Program-made: the position numbers and the translations under genes
Source: Octopus sinensis
Lineage: Eukaryota
Length of the DNA: 64,000 bases
NCBI RefSeq assembly: GCF_006345805.1
Contig: NC_043022.1
Span: forward strand, 24,676,001-24,740,000
Direction of reading: 5' to 3'
The notes under the pieces: generated by a model
Seen by the model: only the letters and a program-made list of their open reading frames with translations
Database searches by the model: none
What the model was told of the DNA's origin: nothing
Part shown: piece after piece, positions 13,365 through 25,796 of the stretch
How the letters are laid out: the number at the start of each line of letters is the position of its first letter
Position numbering within the stretch: position 1 is the stretch's first letter

Positions 13365-13560
13365 AATTGGTGTTTAACCCTGGGTTAGTCCAGATCCAAC
13401 TAAGCCATGATCAAAGTTGTTCCAATGAAAACCATCCCAGTTTTCATATATAACGGGGACCAGGCTATATCCCTCCTCAGTTAAGACAGCAAGCTCTAAC
13501 TCAATAGCGATTTAGCTGCAATTTCTAGCAGTTTGAGCAACCACAAAAAGGCCTCTCATT
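13365..13560 (-). mobile_element. Interspersed repeat family E (unclassified retroposon-like), diverged
   Basis: Shares GATTTAGCTGCAATTTCTAGCAG and TAACCCTGGG...ATGATCAAAG with copies at 37520, 42200, 50630 and 54505. Confidence 0.6.
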
Positions 13561-14668
13561 GGTGTGAGTGAAGTTTTTGCTTGTGCACATGTGTGCATGT
13601 GAGAGAGAGAGAGAGAGAGAGAGAGTGTGTGTGTTATGATTCCAATGATAAACAGCAAAACATCTGTTTCTTTAAACCAAAAGAATAACAATCAACAGAA
13701 GTAAGTAAAAATCTAAGAAATCCCCACTAAAATCAAGAATAATTGTGTTATTTTCAAAACAACATTTAACATCTACAGATATTGTATTAGAAAAAAATGT
13801 GGTTCTTGTTAGTTTTTGATAAAATATGCCATTTAAATTCTACATAAACCCTAAGAACCAACCAAAATTGCAGCCTTAACCTCTATATTTAGAACATTAA
13901 TATCTGCAAGTGAAAAGTACAGCAAGACATTACAGTTTGAGATAAAATTTCATGAAAAAAACAAAAAAAAAAAGACAGGAAATAAACTTTTGTTTTGTTT
14001 TGATTTTCTTTTTCCTTTTTTTTTCTTTTTTGGTATCCTTTTATAAACAAATATTCCTGGAGACAGAGAATGAAGGAAGGGGAAGACAAAGAAGAAGAAG
14101 AAAGCAAAGCAAGAAAGAAAGAGTAAGAAGACAGATGAAGGAAAGAAAAACAAAGAAGGAAGCAGTGGAAGAAAAAAAAAAGAGGAGGAGGAGGAGAAAG
14201 ACAGAAGTAAAAAGGAGAAATAAAAGACATAAAAAAGGACAAAAGACAAAGAATGATATAAGAAAGAATAAGGAAAAGAACATGAGAAGGAAGTAAAAAA
14301 ATAAATGAAAGAGTTTGAGAGGAAAAGAGAGAGAGAGAGAGAGAGTGTGGGGATTATAAAGATATTAAGAAGTTCTTTGTCTATATAACATGATAGTCTG
14401 TAATATATATAGTGTTACTACAAACTGGTAGGAACTGTTGTTCGGTTAGGAATGATGACTGACAGTTCTATCAATATGGAACATATCTTGAGAGAGAGAG
14501 GGAGAGATAGAGAGGGGGGAGAGATAGAGAGAGAGAGAGATGTGGTGAGGTTAGGGGGAGATGAGGCTGAGGGAGTGGAGAAAACCTCAATCAATAAAGC
14601 TATTGCAGAAATTACATGTATATACATGGAAAATACATATCCAGATTGATATACTCTCTCTCGCTCTC

Positions 14669-15055
14669 TCTTTTACTTGTTTCAGTCATTTGACTGCGGC
14701 CATGCTGGAGCACCACCCTTAGTCAAGCAACTCGACCCCGAGACTTATTCTTTGTGTAAGCTCAGTACTTATTCTATCGGTCTCTATTGCCGAACCGCTA
14801 AGTTACGGGGACGTAAACACACCAGCATCGGTTGTCAAGCAATGCTAGGGAGACAAACACAGACACACAAACATATACACACACATATATATACACATAT
14901 ATACGACGGGCTTCTTTCAGTTTCCGTCTACCAAATCCACTCACAAGGCTTTGGTCGGCCATAGTAGAAGACACTTGCCCAAGGTGTCACGCAGTGGGAC
15001 TGAACCCGGAACCATGTGGTTGGTAAACAAGCTACTTACCACACAGCCACTCCTA
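14669..15055 (-). mobile_element. SINE family A (tRNA-derived), near full length, ~30-bp TSD
   Basis: Reverse complement gives A box TGGCTGTGTGG, B box GGTTCAGTCCC, internal TA/TG tract and AAAAGAG tail. Flanks are ACAT(G/A)GAAAATACATATCCAGATTGATATA at 14624-14653 and 15055-15084. Confidence 0.92.
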
Positions 15056-15615
15056 CATAGAAAATACATATCCAGATTGATATAACACAAACGTAAATAC
15101 TTAAATACACACACACACATACATCGCTCTCTCTCTGTATGCACACACGCATGCGCACACACATATGATACATCGGTGTGTGTGTGTGTGTGTGTCAACA
15201 CGTTTATTGTTATGTAACAATCCATAAAAATATTCAATGCAAATGTAAAGTGAGTCCAGAGGCCTGTTACCCTGGAGTTACCACAGTATGCAATCGCTTG
15301 CCTGACAAAGCAGCTATAAGCTGTGGAAACTCCAGAGCAACAGTCCTCTAGACCACCCGAAACTATATACATTATACATACACACACATATATATAATTA
15401 ATATATATAAAGGAAAAATTCAATCGTCATTAAATGTGACTAAGGATGCCGAGACACCGACATTGCTAGAAATAGGAGTTACAGCTGTAAGGCCTTCTCT
15501 TTATAAATGTTCTGAAATCTTTCACAGCCTTAGATTTTTATCTCATTCTGTTAATTATATATATATATATATATAATATATATATATATATATTATATAT
15601 ATATATATATATATA

Positions 15616-16020
15616 TGGAGTAGCTGTGTGTAAGAAGCTTGTTTCCCAACCACATGGTTCTTTGTTCAGTCCCACTGCATGGCACCTTGGGCAAGTGTCT
15701 TCTACTATACCCTCGAGCCAACTAAAGTCTTATGAGTAGATTTGGCTGACAGAAACTGAAAGAAGCCCATCATTTATATCTATGTATTTCTATGTGTGAA
15801 TGTCTATATTTGCCCTCCCATCACCATTTGACACCTGGTGCTGGTGTGTTTATGTCCCCATAGCTTAGTAGACCATCAAAAAAAAAAAAAGGCTGATGGA
15901 ATAAGTACCAAGCTTAAAAGAAATATGTCCTTGTGTCAATTTGTTCTATTTTAACCTTTCGAGGCAGTGCTCCAGCATGGCTGCAGTCAAATGACTGAAA
16001 CAAGTAAAAGAATAAAAGTA
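15616..16020 (+). mobile_element. SINE family A, full length, moderately diverged
   Basis: Head, body, GCAGTGCTCCAGCATGGCTGCAGTCAAATGACTGAAACAAG and AAAAGAAT tail all present. Confidence 0.88.
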
Positions 16021-16094
16021 CACACACACACACACAAGCAGATAAACACTGCTAGGCTTGAGATGTATATTTACATGGAGTACAAGATACATAT

Positions 16095-16141
<47 letters not shown>

Positions 16142-16155
16142 TAATCCAAACAAGG

Positions 16156-16195
<40 letters not shown>

Positions 16196-16805
16196 CTTTA
16201 TTTTTCATGCTGGCAACACATGCTACCATGGAAGAACAAATGTAAAATGATGATACAAAAAGTTTACATATAGGCAGGCATTCATTTACACACCACATAT
16301 CCTGTGGAATGCAGTGTACCATTTTCAAGCCCCATATGAATATGTAAGAGAGTTTATCCTATTCATTGATATTTTAAGCTAAACACAGTATACTGTTACC
16401 CAAACGTTTCTCACCAAACAATCAAATGATATCTTTTTATGTTTTATAACTTCAACAAACACACATCTGTATACATGACACACAAACACAAATATACATG
16501 TGTGTATATAGACATAAACACATTTATATACACATGCCTATATATATATATATATATATAATATATAATATATATATATATGTATATATGATCATAAATA
16601 AATAAATGTAAACATTTATTCACACACATTGTGTGATATGGTATGTGGATGGATGGTAGGTAGACCAGCTTGTGTGCGTATGGTGCAGGCATGGTTGAGC
16701 ACTTACGATGTGTACTTCATAATTGTGAGGTCCAAGGTTCAATCCGTTTGCACAGAATCTGAAAGAAGTACTCTCTACATATCATCTATTCAAATCAAGC
16801 TTTAA

Positions 16806-17025
16806 CTCTTTAGTATTCAGATTATTCTGTCAAATGTGATGTTTGTTTATTTATATTGTTTTGAATTAATAATGCATTATCTTGTAATTTAGAGATTTCA
16901 GTGATGTGATTTTTTAGTTTTAGAATGACATGGTAGGGCTGAGGTGAGAGGCGAGAGCTGGTCAGTTTCAATATAAAACAGGTTAAATATTTTGGCCGGA
17001 TATAGCCGGTTTGAATGCTAAAAGG
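16806..17025. mobile_element. piggyBac-type MITE family F
   Basis: TTAA|CTCTTTAG ... CTAAAAGG|TTAA; ~220 bp; internal match to the other F copies. Confidence 0.85.
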
Positions 17026-17045
17026 TTAAGAGTGTGTCTGTACAA

Positions 17046-17369
17046 CTCTCTCTATCTGCTCAGTCGAAGTCGACTCTCGGTCACTCTTTGGATCAGTGTC
17101 CTCCAGTCAGTTCTATCCTGGGCCGCTTCTTTCAGATTGGCTATGTCCATTCCGGTATCACTCTTGATGGTGTCAAGCCAGCGGGTTCTTGGTCAGCCTC
17201 TTCCTCTCTTGCCACTGACATTCCGAGGAGCATGATGTCCTTCTCCAGGGATTTTCTGCGCATAATATGACCGAAATATGCCACCTATGCTTGGTGATCC
17301 TAGCTTCTAGCGACATTTTCGGCCTGATCTGCTTAAGAACTTCTCAATTGGTGAGCCCCGCTGTCCATG
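17046..17369 (-). mobile_element. BovB-like RTE LINE 3' fragment (RT C-terminus remnant)
   Basis: Minus translation with small frameshifts: TWTA...EVLKQIRPKMSLEARITK / YFGHIMRRKSLEKDIML / SGKRGRG*PRTRWLDTIKSDTGMDIANLKEAAQDRTDWRTLIQRVTESRLRLSR*. Confidence 0.85.
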
Positions 17370-18436
17370 TGCAACTAAGTAATCCTGTTTAAGAATCATG
17401 TAGTTCACCTTAGTCACAGAAGTAACTAAAGCAGGTGACCTAAAAATCATCCATTCAGCCAAGTTCCTGAACAGGAAGCCACATCAATCAAGAAGAACAT
17501 CTCATATAACAGCCAAAAGACAACTAAACAAAATATGCCACTCAGGCTTCTCATGAGGAATATAAGAATATTACTTGATAGTCATCAACTTGACAAGCTG
17601 TCCTAGTATCAAACAGCTCTCAGAGCTGGTGAGCTAAGAAGCTAATTTAGACATTGTTGACTTACTGAGATCAAGGAATCTCATCTTCTGGAAGGTTATC
17701 CACTGGTTTGGGAATTGCTAAGTATTCTTTGTGCTAAGTCACATTAATGAGCACCAACATACTGATGCTGCTATCTGATATTCTTTGTGAAGTCTGATTT
17801 TATTAGGCACTTTGTAGAATACCCAAAACAAGACAAAATCAATTAATAGGTGATTTTAAAGTAAGAGTAGGAAATGATCAAGTGATCAGGAACCATGGTG
17901 TTGAGAAAACTAACGGAAGTTGTATCAGATTCGTCATCACTAAAACCCCACTTGTGCTCCGCATACACACTTGCATATAACTGCTTCTAGCAAACCAAAT
18001 GCAAAAATGACCAACAGAAACAAAAGAAAGCATTTGTATAAATGGCTAGAGAATCATGCCCACTAAAACCTACCTATGCTCCACAAATGCACACTAAAGT
18101 AAATAAGTTGATGTAGATATATATATATACAACTAGATACATTATAAGGAACTATTTTTTATGAGTACAACAATGATAGCAATTATTAACATAGTAACTT
18201 AAAGATAACATTGAATCATGAGAACAAAAATAATGCCTTACAACCAAAATATTTCATGCATGAAACAGTTGATACGTTTCACATGCAATCTCTTCTGGCA
18301 TAAGCAGGGGAAAAAAAGGGATTTTTTTTTTTATACAGTCTGACTCATGAACTAAGTGCAGTAAAAGAGCTGGAAACGCTCTTTAACTGATGTGATAACC
18401 AGGAATGCTCCACATATAAACTAAAGACCCAGTTTC

Positions 18437-18740
18437 CATCATCAACATCATCATCACTTAATATCCATTTTCCATGCTGGCTTAGGTTGGACAGTTTGGC
18501 CAGAGCTGATAAGCCAGGGGCCACACCAGGCTCCATTGTCTGATCTGGCATTGCTTCCTGATGCCATCCACTCCAGAGAGTGTACTGGGTGCTTTTTTAT
18601 GTGGCACCAACACCAGTGCTTTTAACGTGACACCAGTGCTTTTTATGTGCCACCAGCATTGGTATCAATTCTGCTGTGGTGGAAGGATCTTCTTGAGTAT
18701 AGCAAGGCACCAGATATCTCAGTCCTTTGTCATCTACTTT
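18437..18740 (-). mobile_element. SINE-like family C with (GAT)n tail, diverged
   Basis: CATCATC tail, CCATGCTGGC..GGTTGGAC, CACCAGGCTCC..TCTGATCTGGCA and repeated GTGCTTTTTA(T/C)GTG modules. Confidence 0.8.
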
Positions 18741-19239
18741 GTAATGCTCAGTCTTCAATATTTTGTCCCATAATAATTTCATACATAAGAACAAACCAGA
18801 AATTTGAGGGAGGGAGAGGTAGAGTCAATTATGTCGATGCCAGCATTGATTATCAATTTATGTTATTTACTTCAGAAAAGTGAGAGGCAAAGTTGGCTCC
18901 GGTTAGATATGAACTCATAATGCAAAGGGCCATAACTACATACCACTGAGAAATTTTGTTCAAAGCTCTGACGGTTCAGCCATTCAGTGACCTTTAACAA
19001 TAATTATTTCTGACGCAGGTCCAAAACCTGATATTTCTAGCAAAACCCAAAGTGGATTAGCTGATTAAATCAACCCCAGTACTTCACTAGAGCTCTACTT
19101 TTATATCGACCCTGAAGGAATGAGAGACAACCTGAGCAGGAGCTGGACCCAGAACGTGGAGTACCAGAATAAATGCAGCAAAGCATTTTAACGGATGCTC
19201 TAATAATAATAATAAATAATCATAAATAGTAATATGATA

Positions 19240-19663
19240 GGCGCAGGAGTGGCTGTGTGGTAAGTAGCTTGCTAACCAACCACATGGTTCCGGGTTCAGT
19301 CCCACTGCGTGGCATCTTGGGCAAGTGTCTTCTGCTATAGCCTCGGGCCGACCAAAGCCTTGTGAGTGGATTTGGTAGACAGAAACTTAAAGAAGCCCAT
19401 GGTATATATGCATATATATATATATGTGTGTATGTGTGTGTATATGTTTGTGTGTCTGTGTTTGTCCCCCTAGCATTGCTTGATAACCAATGCTGGTGTG
19501 TTTACGTCCCCGTCACTTAGTGGTTTGGCAAAAGAGACCAATAGAATAAGTACTGGACTTACAAAGAATAAGTCCCAGGGTCGATTTGCTCGACTAAAGG
19601 CGGTGCTCCAGCATGGCCGCAGTCAAATGACGGAAACAAGTAAAAGAGTAAAGAGTAAAAGAG
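19240..19663 (+). mobile_element. SINE family A (tRNA-derived), full length, young
   Basis: GGCGCAGGAGTGGCTGTGTGGTAAG head with A/B boxes, internal (TA)(TG) tract and (AAAAGAGT)n tail. Confidence 0.95.
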
Positions 19664-20295
19664 AGCTGCTTAATTTGAAGAGTACAACAACAACAATAAT
19701 GATGATAATTATTATTATTATTATTACAATAAATGCTAATAATCAAGATGGACAGATAATCCATGATAGATTAGGTAGCTATTGTTGTTTTCTGGGAAAC
19801 ACTGAGAGAGAGAGAGAGAGAAAATAAAAGAGCAAGTGGAAAAAGCGTATGCACATGCATGTGCTCCTGTTCATGCACGTTAGAGTGGGAGCAGAAAAGA
19901 GACTACTAGAAAACACTGGAATACAGATATAATGAGATGGTGGTCATGGTGGTGGTGATGGTGATAGTAGCAGTAGTAGTAGCAGCAGCAGTAATAATAG
20001 TACAGTAACAAGGAAGAAGGCTGCTAGGATAATCAGTTGCTAGTAGAGGGGTGGCCCTTAACACAAGCTCACAAGTCAGGGCTGGGAGTAGCAGGAAGAG
20101 GAATGTAAGAGTAGGGAAAGGGGGATGTAGTTCAACTGTAAGACCTTGACCTTCCTCTACATGGTCCTACTTCTCAAGTTGGCATAGCTTTCTAGCGGAA
20201 AGAGGAAAGGAGATGAGGAAAGCGAGAAAGACAGGGTGGAGAGAAGGAGAGAAAATTTATTTCAGCCTCCTTCATCCAATGCTTTGAATGAGATG

Positions 20296-20297
20296 TG

Positions 20298-20333
<36 letters not shown>

Positions 20334-20400
20334 CATGGATGGATGGATGGATGGATGATGGATGGATGGATGGATGGATGGATAGATAGATAGATAGGGA
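20296..20400. repeat. (GATA)n-(GGAT)n compound tetranucleotide repeat
   Basis: Read directly. Confidence 0.95.
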
Positions 20401-20767
20401 TGTGTGTGTGTGTGTGCAAAGCTTAAGAAGTTTGTTTCAAAACCATGTAGTTCCAAGTTCAGGCCCCACCCTGTAGTATTTGAGTCAAAATGTCTTAGTC
20501 ATAACCTGGGATTAACCCAAGACTTGCAAGTGAAATTTGGACGGACAGACACCCGTCAGATGAACTATACCAGTAATTAAAAAACCCAAGATAGTTATCA
20601 TTGAGGTTTATGCTACAGATGCACATTTCTAAGGAATACACAGCCACTTTGATCAAACAACTAGACAATCATACATTGAAAGTGATGCAGAGTTTGTCCT
20701 ATATATATATATATATTATATATATATATATATATATAGTGTGTGTGTGTGTGTATCAGTGCACACA

Positions 20768-20960
20768 ATGATGATGATGGTGATAAAGCCAGTGACTTGA
20801 ACATTCGAATCAGAATGTGTCATCTCATGTTCATCTGTAGTATGCAGTCCATCAACATATACCTTTCGAGTTCTCTTGTCCTGTGCAACCCTTTCTAACA
20901 GCAACCAGTTAATCTCTTCTTAGTACTTTTCTCAATCCACCAGTTTCTCTTGAAGGGATT
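20768..20960 (-). mobile_element. Possible degraded RTE LINE 3' end
   Basis: Minus frame EEINWLLLERVAQDKRTRKVYVDGLHTT resembles the RTE terminal W..L...AQDR..WR..V.GL motif; a (CAT)n-type tail follows on the minus strand. Confidence 0.45.
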
Positions 20961-21092
20961 TGACTGAAGGATATCAACAGTAAAGAACCTCTTTACCCCT
21001 GCAACCCACTTGCTCAAGACGAGTGCAGGGAACTTATTTGTTTTGATTTGTATTTATGCCCCTCTCTCTACCCCCTTTTTGCCCTCTCGGCA

Positions 21093-21445
21093 AGAAGTGC
21101 TTTTTATACAGCAGTGCTGCTAGCCCTAGCCACAATTCCAAACCTGGATGACCAAAATTAAGACGTGTGTGTGTTAATCTCTCTTTTAAATCTAAGTCAA
21201 GATTTTCCTTAAAAAGAATAATTTAAAAAAGCTCAACCAAGGAGAAGGAAAAAAAAACCCAAGTAGAAGTGCTTTTTATACAGCTGTGCTGCTAGCCCTA
21301 GCCACAACTCCGAACCTGGATGACCAAAATTAAGACGTGTGTGTGTGTTAATCTCTCTTTTAAATCTAAGTCAAGATTTTCCTGAAAAAAAAAATAATAA
21401 TTTAAAAAAGCTCAACCAAGGAGAAGGAAAACAAAAAACCCAGGT
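21093..21445. repeat. Tandem duplication, two copies of a ~172-bp unit
   Basis: AGAAGTGCTTTTTATACAGC...GGAGAAGGAAAA..AAACCCA(A/G)GT starts at 21093 and 21265; the copies are near-identical. Confidence 0.95.
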
Positions 21446-22141
21446 TTATAGCTTGGAAATAATGTTTTTTACAGCTGCAGTGCCAAATTGTTTGGCAACA
21501 ACACATGTTAAAATGTATATTCTTTAACAGTTTTCACATTTAAAAGAGCTTGTCATTGGGTAAAACCCAGCAATGTGGAAGGTGAATTAATAGTTGCTTC
21601 ATGTATAAAAGAAAGAGTGTTATTTCTAAAAGCAGCTACAAGTTGAATCAGCGGTGAAAGCCAATGAATTAGGGTTAGTTTTGTTACAGTTCTTTATAGT
21701 TGTTGATGATGATGGTGGTGGTGGTGGAGGAGGAGGTGTTGTCTGTCTCACAGAGTCAGTCCAGGCTGATCAGATATATATGATTAAAATTATTCCTCCC
21801 CTGACTCTCCCAATTTCTATTCAGACTGTATATCTGGGACAATGTTGTCAATAGTACCCTTCACCCTTTTGTTAAGATGATAATGAGTAACTTGAGCTGC
21901 TACTTCTAGCAGTTTGACCAACTGCATAAAGGCCATCACATCTTGTTACTTAAGCAATGAGGGAGTTGGAGATTTCCAATTGATAGAAGAGGAGGAGTCA
22001 AAAGTAAATCAAATAATACTCATAATGAGTATTAAAATCTGCCTCAACAAATTCCATCTGATCCATGCAAGCATGAAAAAGTGGACACTAAAATGATGAT
22101 GATGATGATGATTGAATGGTTGGTTGGTTGGTTGGTTAGCT

Positions 22142-22371
22142 GTTTCTTTACTACCCACAAGGGGCTAAACACAGAGAGGACAAACAAGGACAGACAAACG
22201 GATTAAGTCGATTACATCGACCCCAGTGCGTAACTGGTACTTAATTTATTGACCCCGAAAGGATGAAAGGCAAAGTCGACCTCGGCAGAATTTGAACCCA
22301 GAACGTAACGGCAGACGAAATACAGCTATGCATTTCCCCCGGCGTGCTAACGTTTCTGCCAGCTCGCCGCC
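22142..22371 (-). mobile_element. SINE family B (tRNA-derived), full length
   Basis: Reverse complement: GGCGGCGAGCTGGCAGAAACGTTAGCAC head, GAGGTCGACTTTGCCTTTCATCCTTTCGGGGTC body, TTTGTCC..CCCCTTGTGGGTAGTAAAGAAA end. Confidence 0.93.
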
Positions 22372-25084
22372 TGTTACAATACATGCTGAGCCAGGATTGG
22401 TGAAAACAGTTTAACATAGTGGAAAAACCAAACAAGAATTGGAAACTATGGGGGGGTGAGAGGTGATAATAATAATAATAGCTAGCTGGACCCATGAAAA
22501 ATTCACAGAAAACATTAAAAAATGTAAGCATCTGTAAACAGTGTACTGGTGCCATGAGAAATTGAAATGCAAAAGAACGAAATAATAAAGGGATTTATGA
22601 ATGAAAGTTTGGTAATTGCATTTATTTCCACCATGGGACACTTATTATTGCAAACATGTTTTAACTAACCTAAACTATACACACACACATTCATATATAT
22701 GTCTTGAGTTGTAGCTGTAATTCAAAGGGGCCAGCCTTGTCATATTCTGTGTGAGGCTGAATCTCCCTGAGAACTATGTTAATGGTATGCATGTCTGTGG
22801 AGTACTCAACCATTTGTGAGTTAATTTTATTCCTGTGTGGTAATGAAAAGTGAAACTGACAGCCAATATTTGCTGTATCTATGTATGAACTTTTCTTTGG
22901 ATTTATGTATCTACTGTCTCTCTCACTTTCTCTTTCACTTCCTTTGTGTCCCTCTTCTCTCCCGCTTTTGATTTAACAATGTGTATATGTATCTATGTAT
23001 CTACTTCTCCTGCGATGTGATAAACATTCAAAAACACAAAACGAACGCCATCACCACTCTCTGCCTCTTTCACCTTCTCTCTTTCTCTCTTACATCCTTG
23101 CTGAAACATTTAAAAACACAAAATGAATGCCATCACCACACACTGTCTCTTTCTCTCTCTCTTCTTACTTCCTCTCTGTCCTCCTCTCTCGCTTTGCCAC
23201 TTCTTTGAAGTGTGACGCACACAACAGGTACATACAAAAACAAAAAAGTTAGCGCATTAATATTATTGGTGATAATAATAATAATAATAATTGGTAAACC
23301 AAAGCAAGACTTGCAATAAGATAAGCAGATAACTATGATTTAAAGCTTCAAGGACTAATGAATGGCAGAAGTGTGCTGTAGAAGATTTGGGAATGAAATG
23401 AAATTCAAGACAATTTCAGATGTTATTTACTTGATAGAATATAAAGTAGAGAGAGATAAGTGAGCAGAGACTTGGGATTAGACTAAAGAATGCGTGGAGA
23501 CATAGATCTTAAGGAACAGATAAGGTATGTATATTGTGTTTGTGAGTGAAGAAGGGGAGAGAGACAGAGGGGGGGGGAGAAAAGGAGAGAAAATGTTTAA
23601 CTAAGCGAGAGAAAAAATAAAACATTTATGATGTGTAATGCATTTTTTTTTAATAATATACAATAAATTGAGAAAATAAGACTAGTAATTCCATTATTTC
23701 ATCAGACACCAGTTTGATATCGTAGAAATCTTTACAACAATATTGAGAGAAGAGGTGGAGGGGGGGAAGAGAAGGTAATCTTTGTAACCTTTACAAATGT
23801 ATTCACTTTCTTATATCAATTCAAAGAAAGAAAATACAAATATTAGAGAAAAAAACCGTTAAAGAAAAAAATCTTAATTAAATTGATGGAGTTAAGACGT
23901 GCGATGTCTTTATTTAATAAGTAATTTGATATACTTTATTGTAATGCTACACTAAGTATATATATATACACACACACATTATATATATATATCATATCAA
24001 TTATATGTGTATATGTTTGCGTGGTGTGTATTATATGTGTATATTATGTTTATGTGCGTGTATTTTATATATATATATATATATAGGCACACACATCTGA
24101 ATAAGCCTAACTTAATACAGATCTCTTCAGATATCAACAGAAGTGACAAATCACAAAAGCAATGAATCAGATATCTAGTAAATCTTGCATCTATAACGTA
24201 ATCTACACAAAAAAAATAACAAACAACAACCATATATAATAATCATAAATAATAATAATAATAATCATAAACAACATCAATGATGATGATGATGGTGGTG
24301 GTGGTGGTGGTGGTAAGTAGGGGAATGCTAAGAGTGGGTGGGGATTCTGACAGAAAGAAATGATGTAGTTTGGGAGGTTAGCCATAAATTACCAATTAGC
24401 TAAATGACAGCAGTCCACAAAACAATATTTCTCCAGCAACTAATTACATTACACAATATCATAATTTTCTGACTGAAAAAATTTTCAGATTCAGAAATTA
24501 ATTATTGCTTGCTAATCAAGTAAGATTTAATCACCAGCAGGTAGACCATGAAAATGTCAAGTTTTTTAACCAGTCAGGAAGCTATGGTTCAGATAAAATT
24601 GAGTTATTTGATAAAAATCTTTGCTCCATATGTGTTTCTCTCTCTCACACACACAGACACATACACCATTCATACATACCAAAAATACCCACACACGAAA
24701 AAAACACAGTTATACTTTACAAAAAACAAATTGGGATATTTATAATTTATTATGACTTTGCTTACTCAGTGCAGTACCACTTGTTAGCACTCAATTTACT
24801 TATGCTCCATAGTGTAAGCAAATGCTTTCTGCAATAAAGAAATATTACATTCAAACGGCTCTGAGGAAGCTATAAGATGTTACACTGGCACTCAACTTTG
24901 GGTGCACAGTTCCTTAGAGCAGAAACAGTTTCACCTGGAAGTGGCTCAATAATTTCCTCAAAGTCTTTAGGTGATCTTATAGGATTCTTTCAGATCTGTC
25001 TAGGCTGCACCTGCTTCCACCTCTTGAGCAAGTCTCTCTGCTTACTTTCCTGTGTCCCATTTTATTAATACACACGCACACATG

Positions 25085-25330
25085 AAGGCATAGGTTAGGG
25101 CAATGCGCTCTTAATCACAAGATCATGGTTTTGATTCCCAGACCAGCAGCATATTGCATTCTCAGACAAAACACTTCATTTCACTCCAGTCCACCCAGCT
25201 GTAAATGGATATCTCTGAAACAGAATGGATATTCCATTCAGGGAGAAATGTTGGCTGCCTGCCTAGCCAACAGGGTAGCATCATTCAAAAGCTACAACAG
25301 TGTCAGTAAGTGCATTGTGACCAATGATGT
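25085..25330 (+). mobile_element. Diverged tRNA-head SINE related to family K in the head
   Basis: GGTTAGGGCAATGCGCTC..GGTTTTGATTCCC head and CACTCCAGTCCACCCAGCTGTAAATGG domain. Confidence 0.6.
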
Positions 25331-25361
25331 ATAACAATATCCAAAAGTCTAGTCAATAGTG

Positions 25362-25796
25362 ATCTTCAAAGCCACAGTCGAACCAATTCTACTATATGGC
25401 TCAGAAACCTGGACATCATCAAAGAAGCTTGAGAGGCGGTTGGATAGAACTTACACTCGCCTCCTTATGAGAGCTCAAAATCTCTCGTGGAAGCGTCATC
25501 CAACCAAAATGCAAATATATGGTAAACTACCACCTGTATCATCTCTTGTGAAAGGTAGAAGAGTCCAGTTTGCTGGACATTGTTGTAGAGCTGAAAACGA
25601 AGTAATTTCTGCTCTTCTCCTCTGGAAGCCATCTACTCGCGATACCAGAAGGCGCACACTCTCCTACCCTGATGTAAAATCTCCAGTGATACAGGCATCC
25701 AGCAACAGGACCTCCGTAATGCTATGATGGACCATGAAGTCTGGCGTAGCATGGTAAATTCCATTGTCTCGACCACGGTCGAACAATGATGATGAT
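25362..25796 (+). mobile_element. 5'-truncated RTE-clade LINE (RT C-terminus plus (GAT)n tail)
   Basis: ORF 25359-25727: FKATVEPILLYGSETW...RRVQFAGHCCRAENE...LLLWKP; ends GAACAATGATGATGAT. Confidence 0.93.

Noticed and set aside
19240-19320. tRNA-like heads with A and B boxes (families A, B, K)
   Set aside because: They continue into SINE bodies and lack a complete cloverleaf, so they are not tRNA genes.
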